Positions 13,461-26,934 of a stretch of DNA of 64,000 bases are shown here, one piece after another (within the stretch, counting starts at the first letter, position 1; every line of letters begins with the position of its first letter). The position numbers were made by a program, and so were the translations under genes. Under the pieces are notes generated by a model that was not told the origin of the DNA, did not search any database, and saw nothing but the letters and a program-made list of their open reading frames with translations. Origin of the DNA: Glaucostegus cemiculus (Eukaryota); contig CDPCPM010000012.1 of the NCBI GenBank assembly GCA_976551045.1, forward strand, positions 6,882,001 through 6,946,000, read 5' to 3'.

Positions 13461-16400
13461 TGCTGCAGGATATAGACAACAGAACCCTGACATCACATTT
13501 TGCTTCTTGAAGCCTTCCACTCATTGTGAAGTCTGCAACTATCTCTTATTCATATATCCTTGTTCATAACAGCATTGAAGCACTTGGTGTGCAGCTCATT
13601 GAGTATCTTTAAAAAGTTTATTTTCTTCAATTCCCCAAAATAGAAACAGAAACAATTAAAGCTTTTAGAGTAGTGTTCATCTCTAGCAATCAGTAGCTTT
13701 TTTATATTTATTATTAATAGTATCCAGCACAAAAAAAGACAGCTGTATTACATTAATTACTAGTTTTAATGCCATTAATATTCACCAAGAATAAATACTA
13801 ATGTAGCAAAAGTGGTTAGTCTAATTTGCAATAAATTAGGAAATACAGTGGTTTATCACTAGTTATACTTGATGAAGTCTGTGAATAACTATTCAGATAA
13901 AATATTAATGCTTAGCATAGGCCCTATGGAATCATTTTGCACAAAAAATTCATCCAACAATTCTGTGCCAATTCTATCTCATGTCCTTTTCATATTCAGA
14001 AAGTTAAAACTTAACAGATAAAAACGTGCAAAAAAAAAGCACAAAAAAGGAAATGTTACACCAGGTCAGTCTCCAATGTTAGTGAAGGAGCAGTTACACC
14101 ACAGTGTAACCAGATTTGTATTTTCTGATTGCATGTTGATCACATCTAGATTATAAATATTTCAATTGAAGGTAGATTTTTTATTTGCATATTTCTATGG
14201 TTATTAACAACTATATTGAAACCACAATGGAAAGACAACTAAAATTAATAGTTGTACTGGAATTCACAACCTAACAGAAAAAAGTAGCGACAGGAAGTGA
14301 AAGCTGAAATTTAATTTTTTTTTAACCACATAGACCATATGATTGACACAGATGGAAGCTGCATAAACTACCAAGGACTAACAGCACGGCAGATCTATCG
14401 TGATATTTGTAAGTCAACAAGGCCACCTTCATTTTTTTGTTATAATGGGACATAATTGGGTTTCCCAAATCCTTTACCAAAGAATGACAAATGCTGTTAA
14501 CTGCTACTGAAATAAACTTCTCCACCTTCCCTGTATGCCATTATCATCTAGTGTACCAGGCCACTATTATCATAAAAATGTTTGGCTGCATTACAATACA
14601 TCGATGGGAATAATACCTGAAGAAAGATTAATGCCTTACCTGCTCTGTCTTATCAACACAATACAGCCAAATTAGGATTTTATTTAAGGATTAAACCAGT
14701 AGTCACACAGCAATATTTACTTCCAAAAGAGTAGCATGGGAGAAATCCTTCTATGGTTACCAGCAGTAAAAACGAGCTTGATTATTGGCTGCCATTTCTA
14801 ACTTCTATTAGCTTCAATGGGATCAATGATATGTAGATGTGTAAAATTGACAAGAAATGCACGTGTCCAGCATCAGCAACCAAAATCAAATTTTACCCCT
14901 TAGATTTTCACAAGCCACCCGCTAAAACAAATTCCAACAGTGGTGTCAGCCAATCTGTTTTCAATTGTCTGTTGATGCCATTCTACATGTGTAAACAAGC
15001 ATGTTCAGAAAACTGGATTAGTGTGACATGATCTCTTTATCCTTTCCCTGAGCCACCTAGCTTGCACTTGGTACCCTGCACTTCATTCCATAAGCCCAGC
15101 TAAGCAGTGCAATTTTTCTTTAACAATAAAATTCATGGCCTCTTTCAATGCCTCTTCTCCACTGATGGATGCAGTCCTCAATATAGGAATAGGAAAGACT
15201 ATTTACAGAAGTCAGCCAACTTTTAAATACTTTCTTCTGTCACACATGGCACAAACATCATGTATTTTTGGATATTTTACTGTATTTTAAGTGTATTCTA
15301 AAATATAAAAATAATTAAACAAATATAAACTTAACACACTTGAACTTATACTTATTAATATACCTCATTTCACTGCAAATCTGATTAGTACTCCAAAGTA
15401 CTTCCACCAAAGAAAATGAAAACATAGCTTGATTCTATTTTCTCAACAATTCCAACGATGATTTACCAGTTACAATCTTTCTCAGTCTATGAGGTGCCAA
15501 TGTCTTTTCAATAACATGGGATGAAATAAAAAAAACACGAGCAATTATTTTTAATGTAGAAGCAAAATGATGTAGACCATCAAAAGCGTTCTTACTCTGG
15601 AATCAATATTGTTAACAAGTATATTAAGGATGCAAGTTTCTTTTCGAATCAGGCATGTTTTTAATCATTAAAACACAAACATAGGGTTCCCCTATGATTG
15701 GGAATATTAAAGCAGTTAATAATTTCTAATAAAGTGGAAACCAGGAGATTATTTTCAGGTTTTTACTTAAATAACTTGCATTGATTCAAATATAAAAAAT
15801 ATTTACTAAGAGGATAAACTGAAAAACCATCATATTGAAATGGATTTATTATAAAAGGAAAAATGCAGTTTACATTCCTGACATTTGCAGATCCTATATA
15901 ATGAAGCAAATGATATTTAGCTTGAAGGTTTGTTTTTAAAGAGAAAATATAAAATTCATTACTTAGATACATGTTCCAAATCACAGACTGCTCTGACTAC
16001 ACAATGCTTATTTGTTTTACCTGTTACTAAAAAAATGTGGGCTCTTCATGTAATCCTAATACATTTTGTTACAAGGATGATTAGTTATACACATATGCTG
16101 ATCAATCAATTTTTTTGCAGAATACAGCCATCTATAAAAGACAAAATATAGATCATGAAAAAAATGACACCATTAAAAGGTGAATGTGTGCCAAATGTTT
16201 TACTATGGCGGTAGAAAGTGCCCTTTCAGCAGCTTTTCACAAGTGACGAAGAAAATATTATTTAAATCTCTCAGCAAATTGCATTAAAATATTATAAAGT
16301 CCATGAAATCTTTAACCATTCAATGCAGCCTTCAAAACATTGGAAAGATTTTAACATAATCAGCATTGGTATTAACATTGTTAATAAAATTATGGTCTTG

Positions 16401-19400
16401 CAGCTGGATCTAACTCAAATTGAGGTGCATACACTGCACTTGCCTAACAAGTTTAAAGCTAGAACCAGAGCAAACTGGCCTACTAGCCTCACTGGGGAAG
16501 TACCAGCTGGCAGCAGGCATCAGGAAAAGGCTTTGAGCTGGCTAGCTGAAGGCCTGGACACCTAGATCAGCAAGCTCAGGTACTGGTTAAGGATGGGAAA
16601 AGGGAGATCAAGATGGGGGAAAGCAATAGCCAGAAACACTAAAGTTATAATATAATGCTCTTACTTTTTTTGTTCCCCTGTCTCTGCTTAAAGGCAAGTA
16701 CACAAACTTGCTTCTTTGGCTGATATCCTCAGAGTTTCCTTTCAGGGCCTTTGGCTTGGCTGCAGCACATCGAAAGAACTGCTTGTGGTATGCAGTCAGT
16801 CAGTTGCAAACCATTTCTCAAAGGGATCTGCAACAAGTATACTGTCCATTGCACAAGCAAAGTGGAAGCCTAAAAGCAATTCAAGCATGCATTCCGGACC
16901 TGGAGAGGAACCTGATCTGATTTTGGCTGCCAGTGCATATAGAGAGGAGAATGACTGTGCATATGATGCCTGCTATATTGAATCCTTAAACTTTGGGCAA
17001 TTACTAATTTGGCTATAGTGCTTAAAGATATATACTTAAAAATGGATGTAAATGCTCTGCAATTGTACTGATAACTATCAGAAAATTAATCTCTCCAAGA
17101 ATGATTTCAGATGGTTTGTCCCACTAGGTGATTGCTTCATATAGGCTGAAGTGCACTTCATTCTCAGCTAGGATTATCACAGATAGGTGGCCAAACTATA
17201 TACAAAGTCAATAAGACTGGCCAATTATAGTAAATACACTAAAATTAAGTTTCATAACAAACACAATGTTGTTTTAAATTTGGAAAAATATATTACTTAA
17301 AAATAAAGTAAGAAATGGACCAAATCTCTGGAATAATCATTGAAAACGTGTGCAATGGAATAAGAATTTTTTCCAAGAATGGTTACACACTGCAGATTTA
17401 TTCAGTGATAGCACAAGATGCCATAATAAGAACATTGTATGTGTCCTAAAATGTCAGTGTAAGAATCATTTAAGAATATTAACCCAGGTACTAAAATCTA
17501 ATTAATCTGCACCCACTTCTATTCTGCAGAATCACCATTATTCTACTGGAGTCAAAGTTCAGGCAGTTGTGAAAGCCGTGTACTGCTACTTGATGAAGGA
17601 AAGTTTACCCCAGCTGTTCAATCAGTCTCTTCAATTTTTAATTTTCATTCAATCATCATTAAATGGAGAACAGTTAATGGGCCATGTACACAGCGGCCCG
17701 TATATGTGCCTTGTGTTGCTCAACATGCCTGCAGAAGATTTAATTGAAAATAGCCTCTATTATAATAAAGAAAATGTATTATGTATACTTCTGAAGACAG
17801 GATAAATGATGTAATTAATAGAATATTCTGACAGTATTGATTTACAAGTTATGCAACATAATCAATGGTTGAAAGCATATATAAGGTGCAATAATTTTTT
17901 TGTTAATTGGTTACGGTAACATATCTAATGCATGCTTCTAGACGTTGCTTGATTAAAAAATATGCTTAAATTTACTTTAAAGAACTGTATTGTAAAGAAA
18001 TGACCTGCCAACACATTATGTTGAGATGCCACTTTTAGTCTAAAGAAGTGTAAAAAAGCCCAAAATGTTTTCTGAAAATTAGAAATGGACCCAAAAGGCT
18101 CCTGGAGAATATCCTGGAAAATTCCCACAGCACAAGGTACAAGAATACTGACAATCAAATCAGTACTACCAGGGCATGCAGTCTAAAGTTACAAAACTAG
18201 AGATATGCATACATCTGAATTACTATATTCCACATATAATAATTTGCTGTAAGATTCTGTCCTTACATGATCTGAAACCAGGTGGTTTCTACTTAACAAT
18301 TTTAAACTTTTATTTAGTTTAAATACACAAGATGTGCACTGTGCAGCCTGAACCAGACAAATCCTTTGGGCAGAATTGGCTATACGTCGGAACTAAGCAA
18401 AAGGGTTCAAATTAGATTCTAATGAGAAAACATCAGTCGCTCCTCTGATGATTTCACCATTCACTGATTCACTCCTAATGAAGACACACTCTATCCAGAA
18501 TGCTCTTGAACTGTCAGAGGTCAAAATGAATTCAAAAAGCCAAAAGCAAATCAAGACAAATCGGAAGCACTGAAAGAAACCTTTTTTCAGAGTGGTGTGG
18601 CAATTAAAGTAATTGCACAAAGAGACAACTTCTATCAATGGCAACAGAAATTAAGCTGCCAATGTTGTAACAGGTTAGATGAAAATCAGATTTTAATGTA
18701 TGCTTCCTCATGTCATCTTGTTTTGTCAGGACATCAAATAAAATTGAAAAGTACAAAATAACAAGCCCCAGAGAAAACCAGAGAGGATGACCTTTCTGAT
18801 ATTGTTGGTTTACCATGTTCAGAAATATTTTAATAATAATGAAGTTGACTTCAGTAGCAAGGGTAAGTCATGCAAACAAATCATGCTTCATCCCTTTAAA
18901 TATATCTTTCTCTTAAGTACAGGCATGCGTATAACTACTTGAGAAATTCCATGAATGCTGATGCACAGCCATTAAAATCATAAACCGGAAACAACTGACT
19001 CAAGTATCTTCATCTACAAATTCTTAATTTTAACAGCTCAGGAATTATGATGATAACAATAACACACTGCTTTTGTTAATAATAAAAAACAATTAAATTC
19101 ATTTATTTCAAAAATGCCATGCTCTTTTAACAGTTCTGGATGAAAGGATCAAAACTTAAATGTTAAAGTATTTTTTATTAACCACCTTCATATTTTTTTA
19201 TGAACTAAACATTAAACATGGCAACTGGCAATTTCAGAGCTTGAGATAAGTAAAATCTCCAGGTAAATCTGGTTTACTTTACTAGTACGTTCCTTCGATT
19301 GGTTTACAAACAGAAAGTCATGAGCATAGATATAGATGCGAGATTTAGATTTTAATTCCAGCCCAAATAAACAGAATATTGCAAGCAAGAGGTTTCAGTG

Positions 19401-21719
19401 TAAAAGCACATATGCATGCATTTAATAATCTCCCAAAACAAACAATAATATCTCTCCCAAAGGTCATTTTTGTTTTCTTTTGAACAAACAAGCCACTAAA
19501 AGGAACCAGTTAAGCCTTTCACCTAAAAACAACATATTTAGTTAGTGGTGTCAGGACTTTCCCACAGACAGCTCTAGTTACCCACAGGTGCTTACAGCAA
19601 TTTTGAAAGGGAAAACACAAGCTATATTTGATTTAACATCTTATCTCAACACTCAGATGTTTGGAGGCTTGAAAGTTGCAGACAAAATGTATACCAAAAC
19701 TAACAAAACAAATGGCAACACTCCATCTTATCCTCTTCTTTCCCACCCTTCTCCATTCATTCCCTTGTGCCATTTGTTTTATATAACACCTCCCTTCACA
19801 GTTCAAGGCAGACTATTATATTGTGAATGATGTTACATTGTGTGGCACTCACTTCAAACTACACCTAAAAATTAAAAAAGCATGTTCAACAGCACTTCTT
19901 CCTATCATGTGGGCAGATGATTTATGGTTTACCCGTTCAGCAAGGTTATGCAACGCTGCATGCCTTCAGAAGTATTATTTGAGTCAGTTGAGATTTAATT
20001 AAGATCACAACCCTTAAAATCCCTGCCCCATGAAAATTCACAGAAGACAATGCACAATACATCCTGGTGCAACACTACAGAACAGATTGTTTTCATTCCA
20101 ATCTTTGTAACAACACAAGCTAATCCTAGTTTCCATGACGACAGACAAAAGTTGACAAATTTTGTTTTGTTTAACATTCTGTTGCTGTTGCTTACAGTCC
20201 CATCAATTAAAATATGCACGCAAAACGACAGCCAAAGAAAATATCAGCCTCGGCCCTACTGTGCAGATGCACCACTCAGTAGTGTAATATATGGTTGCCT
20301 ATGTCGTGGTAAAGAAATGACAGGTGCTAGCAGTCTCTTTGGTTGACAGGCCACTGCACAAATAACTGCCTTCCCTGAAAGGGCTAATGCACTACTAATG
20401 AACAATAAATCAACTTTGATTATAAACTGTCAGACAAATCAGTTCTCAGTTCAGCACTCTGAGATTCTATGCCAAGTCAGCTGCACATTGCTGGAATACA
20501 TCATCCACATTTAGTTTTGTTCACACAACACCATACTGAAATTTCAAAATGAAAGTTGAAACTGAAAATCAAAACAGGTCCCTTTATCCCCCCTGGCCAG
20601 CGGAATTCATCCACAGCAAAACAGCTGCGAATTGGGGGCTCAGGTAAATCCTTTAACCACAATCCTCCGATCATCAAAACAATGTATTTATTGTCTTAGT
20701 TGTCTTTAAGCTCTTCATATCGATAGCAATCCATTCTAGATAAGGTTAGTGCATACTGTAACCTGTAACTTGCACTGCAGTGGGTTTCAGCCTTTTAAAA
20801 AAAATGATAGAAATTTGAAAGGGAAAGTTACTTCAAAAGACAAAAAAAACTTTGATCTAACAAAGCACACTGTACACATCAACAAAAAACAAACGTTTAG
20901 AAATATCTCCTGTAGATGGTGACAGCCATGATAGGATCATCTATTTTCTTACAGTATGTACTGTAGAGGCACTAGGGAACACTTGACTCAATTTGTCAAC
21001 TAATCAATAGGTTTTCAAGTGATTTTTAAACTATTGTGGACTCATCAAGTTAAAACAATCTAAAATGTGGCATCTCTTTTTTATACAAACAGCCAAGATG
21101 ACTTCTTTTGCACTTAAAATGCAGCAACACCAAAACCATGTACAGTTTTCAAAATTACCACCCTCCCATTACTTCATTTCCTGAGGGCATCCTTAATGAT
21201 GACAACATCCCATTTGAATCTAAACACTGCAAGGTTGACATTCAAGTTACTTGCATCTCACACACCATTGGACTCTGTAGGAATGAGACTATTCAGTGAC
21301 CAAGAAAAAACTACTCGGTACTGCACATTTTACACGAGAGAATGGATGACATATAAACTCTGCATTCAAATTAACTTGTTCATTTTCCCTGTTGCTTCAT
21401 AATGCACGACCATATAAAAATATTGAAATATTTACAAAGGTTGTGGCTAGTATCAAAAATATTCTAGGATGTTCCTATTTTACAACTCTAATATGTTACA
21501 AATTGCCATTAAATGCAGCATAAATTAATTCTTGCAAAATCTGTTCCTGCTGGTGAAAGACACAGTAAATACAATGGGTTCAATGATGAAAGGAGCTTTT
21601 AAAGCAAGCTGATAAATAAAGTAGTAACAATGATAAAATATTGCAGAAAGTAAGTTGTGCTGCTTTTCTCCCAGATAAATTAAATTGTCAGTTTTACAGA
21701 GGAAAGGTACTAAAATTGT

Positions 21720-22230
21720 GGAATCAATCATATTGACAAACCTGACAAACTCCATTTAGCTGCCGCAGTAAACAGAGTGGTGGGCCATGAAACACTAATA
21801 AGCCTCCTGTACAAACTCAGCTTTCTGCAGATACAGATTACACCCGCAAGGGTGAGCACGGACTGACGTGATATAAAGTCAATCAGCCACACCCTGCTCA
21901 CCAATCCCAACTACTCACCATCATCAATCCATGAGATTCAGATGCCTCTTGAAGTGGCCCTCCTCTTTTGTGATGACAGGTGAAATAAAGTCCTTGTCTA
22001 AGGGACTTCATAGTCAATTGTTTGCTGAAAGAACTCTAGCTTATTTTTCACAAAGAAAAATGTGTGTTAATTCCTACTTTGTAGTTTTGTCTTTTGACAA
22101 TCAGCTCAAGCTCATGCCAAGTTACTCTATCAGCAGCAATGTACTGAGATCTGAACTATAAACATTTTATTAAAAATAATTAATGCAGCAGTTCTAATGT
22201 CATATTGTTCCCACTTCCTGTTTTCTAAAC
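21720..22230. promoter_or_regulatory. Candidate conserved non-coding element / intronic promoter
   Basis: TE-free and locally richer in GC/CpG. It contains a CRE-like TGACGTGA, CCAAT, PBX-type TGATTGAC and TGATTGAT (minus strand), GTAAACA, an ETS site (CACTTCCTGT ~22212) and a strong minus-strand donor ATG|GTGAGT at 21919/21918. Confidence 0.4.
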
Positions 22231-22793
22231 AAATTTGAGAATGAGCATTCGTTGAAAACAATTTGTTTTTTTCCTATACCAATTTCATTGTTTTGTATGC
22301 CCAACCTGCACCTAAAAATTAATACTCCAAGGAGTATGCTTAAGTGGAATTTTAGAAGGATACTCTGAATGTTTCAACTGGTTCATATCTAGCAATGGCT
22401 TTGAAGAAACATTTTTTAATGCTACTTCTGTCCTATTTATCTGATTTGCAAAGGAGCACCTAAATTATCATTTAAGGTATTAACATAAGTAAAACAAAGT
22501 ATTGGTTTTTTTGCTAACTTGGAGAGCTGACTTTTCCTCCCACAGATCTCCCTGGGAACAAAATGTTGTCCCAGTGTTTGAACTTACATTGAAATCTTGG
22601 TAAGTGCATAACTGATTTGGACATAGGAATCAAATATAATAATTCCATTCCCTCAGGTTTTAAATAAGTTTGATTCAACAAATGCATTGCAAAACATGTT
22701 ACTAGAATATATATTTTTGTTCTTGATTCCTGTCTGAGCCAGGCTGCCTCCACACTAGAAAATATTAAAGATTACGTCCTGATGGGCAGCTTG

Positions 22794-22809
22794 TAGCCAC
22801 CTGCTGGCA
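22794..22809 (-). promoter_or_regulatory. CTCF-like motif TGCCAGCAGGTGGCTA
   Basis: Close match to the CTCF core CCASYAGRKGGCR. Motif only. Confidence 0.4.
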
Positions 22810-23074
22810 ATAATGTCACTATCAAAGACCTGGAGGTCTCTCTTCATCCTCATCAGCATGAGTTGGTGTATAATACTGGGACTCCACAGGCATACTTACA
22901 GAAATAATGGCAGCCACAAATGGACAATTTTTCCACTGCTGGCTCCAATACAAAATGAGTCTTTTATTTCAGAGAGCTGACAGAAGTTTAGACCTCTGAA
23001 TATGAGAAGGTGCTGACAGTCCAGCAAAGTAAGCATGGGAAGTCAGTCTACACAAATGCACTCTCAGCAAGTTC

Positions 23075-23345
23075 ATTAGAACAGAGATGAGATGATTTTC
23101 TTTTTTCTCTCAGATGGTTGTGAATCACTGAAACCCTCTTCCTCATAGGACCACAGAAGTAGTCTTTGAATTATTTTTAAGGCAGAGGTAGACAAATAGT
23201 TGATGAGCAAGAAGTGACAGATTACCATGAGTAGATGGAAATGCTGAGATGAAGTTATATGCAGATCAGCCAAGATCTTATTAAATGGATAAGCATGTTT
23301 GAGGGGTTGAGTGGCCTACTCCTGCTCTTAATTAGCATATGTTAT
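23075..23345 (+). mobile_element. Old CR1 3' end
   Basis: ttctctcagatggttgtgaat...ttaaggcagaggtagac...gatcagcc...gtggcctactcctgctc. Confidence 0.75.
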
Positions 23346-25892
23346 ACGTTGATAAACTAGCTATTGGCCCAACCACTAGATCTGATCTTACTTGAGGAAG
23401 ACATCTAGAAACAACTACCTCAAGGAAATTAGCATAGTCTTAATCAGCAAGATCCTACGACCTTCCAAAGGTAAATCCCGCAAAAATGCTTTGAAAGTCT
23501 GTGGAGGCATGCTCTCAGGCTGAAATGGTGAGAATATCTCTGAACTTCACAACATCCAAAAACCATTAAAATAAATTACATACACTGTTAATATCTTTTT
23601 ACAATATTAAAAATCTAAATTCTAAATAATAGTAGAAAATAATTAAAAATCAATTGTAAGGATGCAGCTTATCTGAAAATTACATCTCTCCCTCTGACTG
23701 AATGGAGTTGATGAACCTCTGCTGACTTCAACAGGTGGTTTCCCCCAGCCTAACAGCTGGGAAATTGCAGAAATTCATGCTAGACTCCATGAGCAGTCTA
23801 GTATCGGAGTGAAGCAAACTTCACAGTGGCGATCAGCTGCATAGAAACTTAGGGTATCAGTACTCGTGTACATCTGTCCAAAGCCCCAAACCTTTTCAGA
23901 AAAAGGACAAGGACTTTCATACTGGATCAAAGATATTTTTTTGTGGAAATTCTGGGCCAAATCTGTAATTCTGGAAAGAATTTAACTGTTCAAAAAAATA
24001 TACCTTTGCATACTTGAATGTGTTTTCAGAGGAAAAGGAAACATATTGTACGCACACAGGTAATATAAATTTCTCTTCCATCGTATTTTGAAGAACCCTG
24101 ACTTTACTGGCCTCTCATGTTCAATGCTACATTGACTGCAGTCAATGTGAAGTCATTGGTAGTGTTTTATGTGTGATATGGCTTTTAGTTTTTTGGGTAA
24201 GTTGTTGGTTGGTTTTATAATTTGTTAATGCTGCACATAATGTTTCTTCAGGTGTATGTACTAGATAAAAAGGTAAGTGGCTGGCTTTATCCTACCCTGA
24301 TTGTATGCCAAAAGGAAAACTGAAACTATTCATAAAGCAAGATTTTGCATCTTCAATCCATAAGCCCTTTACTAAGATTTCACAATCCAAGTCAGACCAT
24401 CACAAACTCTGCTGAATAACAAAATAAAACTTTTATTTATCAAAAAGAAAATATCTAGAAATTATAGCTGAGTTTAGCAGCGGGGTGTCAAAATGATTCA
24501 CTGATCACCATCACAAATTCCAGGAGGCATGATAAGCATTTGGCTTTGAAATTCTGATGCCCTGTGGAGTTTATTCAGGGGACAGATTCAGGTTTGTTGG
24601 CTGCCACAGATCCAATTGCTGAGATGGGAAGTCAATAGGAGAGTGGTGTGTAATCAGGAGGTTGGCAGTGTTTGGATGGTGTCAGGGCCAGGGTAGGGCA
24701 ATTGTGGGATAAGACAATGGGAAATTGTGACAGTTGTGACCTGAATCTTTGGGGATTTTGGGTCCCTGATGGAGAAGTGTGGAGGGGATGGAATTGAATG
24801 CAGGTATGTAACTGACTCACCTGACAATCATCCCACTCCAGCAATGTGCTGGATAGTCCAGGTTTCAGAAGTGCTCAGCTTGATCTATGTTCCGCTGCAA
24901 TACTTCAAAAAGAATGCTGCACGGGGAATAACATCATCCCTTGCACCCGACATGAAAATGATCAGGCATGCAGGGGTGACTCATATCATAAACCATCTGA
25001 TCAAAATTCCAAAGTGATACAAATCACCTGTAAATCACTTATGAAAATAAATATTTCAACTGCATATTACCGAGAAAAAATATCATTATGCAATTAGCTT
25101 TCTGGGTAACTGTTTTACCAATTTTAGTTACAAGACCTCATTTGCTTGTACAAGGATGTTCTCTATTCCCTGGTGCTCAAGTAACCAAAAAGTTTCATCA
25201 TTTTGCATCACTAATTAACTAACCAATTGTCTCCAATGTATAATATGAGTATTATAGAACAGTGAAACAGCACGCTTTGCTCAAGTTTCCTTTATTGGAT
25301 TTTTTTTAGATTTGAATTAGGAGTGAAAGCATCCAAGATGAAGGATTTTGGAATCATTTTGCTTATGTCTAGACCATTAAGCAGTAACTCAAATATGTAC
25401 TGTAAAACCACAAGTGATGTTTTAATATTTAACACTATTGTGCTGAGATCATAATCTATATTTTACTTATTCATTTAAGACTTAACATTGCATTAACAAT
25501 GATGGGGAGGTTTGTAGTAGTATACATTAGAAAACTGTAAACCTGAAAACAGAAATAATTTACAAACCTGCTGCTGAAATTTTTACAAATTAAAGGGAAC
25601 ATATATTAATCTGATGCCAAGCAAACTTATTTGGACCAACTAACTCCAGTGGGAGTAAACCAGAAGACCATGGATTTGGACCACAGCTTGACTGTGCATT
25701 CTGGGTGGACTTGAGAGGGCAGAGAATTTCATCTGAGGCACCTGATATGGTAGAATGCTGAACACTTGTTCCAACAGAGAACAAATCCCTGGCCTCAAAA
25801 GCATCATTACTAATTTTAAAAGCAACACAACCGATGGTAGAATGGTCATCGTGAGCTACACATTTAGGGCAGGACACCTCCAGTGACTTAAA

Positions 25893-26125
25893 ATCAATAC
25901 TGATTTCCAGTGCTCACTCTGTGGAGTTTGCACATTCTCCCTGTGACTGCTGAATTAACTCCAGGTGCTTCAGTTTCTTCCCACATCCCTAAGATATATA
26001 GGCAAGTGGTAAAATCTTGGCGCAGTTGCTGGGAATGTGGGGAAAGTAAAATATGATGAATGATCAGTGTAAACGGGTGTGCAGTGGTTGGCATAACCTC
26101 AGTGGGCTGAAGAGCCTGTTTGTGT
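25893..26125 (+). mobile_element. Degenerate V-SINE
   Basis: gtggagtttgcacattctccctgtgactgc...ccaggtgcttcagtttcttcccacatcc core and gggctgaagagcctgttt tail. Confidence 0.75.
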
Positions 26126-26282
26126 GGTGAATTACTCTAGGTGGTCCAGGCCCAGGGCTGGGGTCTGCAACCAGATGAATTTCACAGCAGGATTTTTTTT
26201 CTTCTTTTAAGGAGGAGATAAAAGCCAGTCTCTAGACACAACACAGTGGGATGCAGAAGTTTTTTTTCCTCATTCTTCAGAA

Positions 26283-26455
26283 TCACGGTATCGCCAGCAA
26301 GGCCGAAAGTTGTCATCCACTCTAAATTGCCCTTGGGAAGGTAGTGGTAAACTATTTTAAAATGCTGCATTTTTTCTGGTCAACATACTCCCACAGCACT
26401 GTTGGGTTGGGATTTTCAGGAATACAGACCCAGTGGCAATGAAGGACCAGCAATA
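26283..26455 (-). mobile_element. Old CR1/L2-group LINE 3' end
   Basis: Reverse complement is collinear with the 3' end at 50800-50950. Confidence 0.55.
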
Positions 26456-26462
26456 TGATTTA

Positions 26463-26650
26463 CAACAGCCAATTATCCTACCAACCAGCATGTCTTTGGG
26501 ATGTGGAAGGAAACTGGAGAACCCAGGGCAAACTCATGTGGGCACTGAGAGAATGTGTAAAGTCAACATAGACAGCACCAGAGGTCAGGATTGAACCTGC
26601 AATGCTGGAGCTCTGAGGCAGCAGCACTGCCTTCCTGCTACTATGCCACT
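26463..26650 (-). mobile_element. V-SINE head and core
   Basis: tgtctttgggatgtggaaggaaactggag...gacagcaccagaggtcaggattgaacc. Confidence 0.8.
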
Positions 26651-26934
26651 CATGCAGCCCATACTCATGAGGCTAACACCCACATAATTGTGCAGAGCAC
26701 TGATCATGATCTCAGTCAGTGTACAGCACTGATTTGATGCAATCAAAGTCATTTAAATCAATTATTTTTCTTAATCTTGTAGAGCAGAGCATACATTCAG
26801 CAGCAGGCAGACCTCCATCCCACTCCACTCTCCCCCCAGTCACCACCACAATTTACAGATGAGATGCTGTTTGGTTTCTTCCTTGCTTTGTGTGCACAAG
26901 TGCTTGGTGCTTTCTATAACCTTTTCAAGTAGTA

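Larger units (their letters stand above)
11875..13481 (+). mobile_element. Putative solo LTR interrupted by Rex-Babar and SINE insertions
   Basis: Starts TGTAG and ends CAACA, flanked by GAAC on both sides (11871-11874 and 13482-13485). Has AATAAA at ~12542 and internal actgaaactga repeats. Confidence 0.45.
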
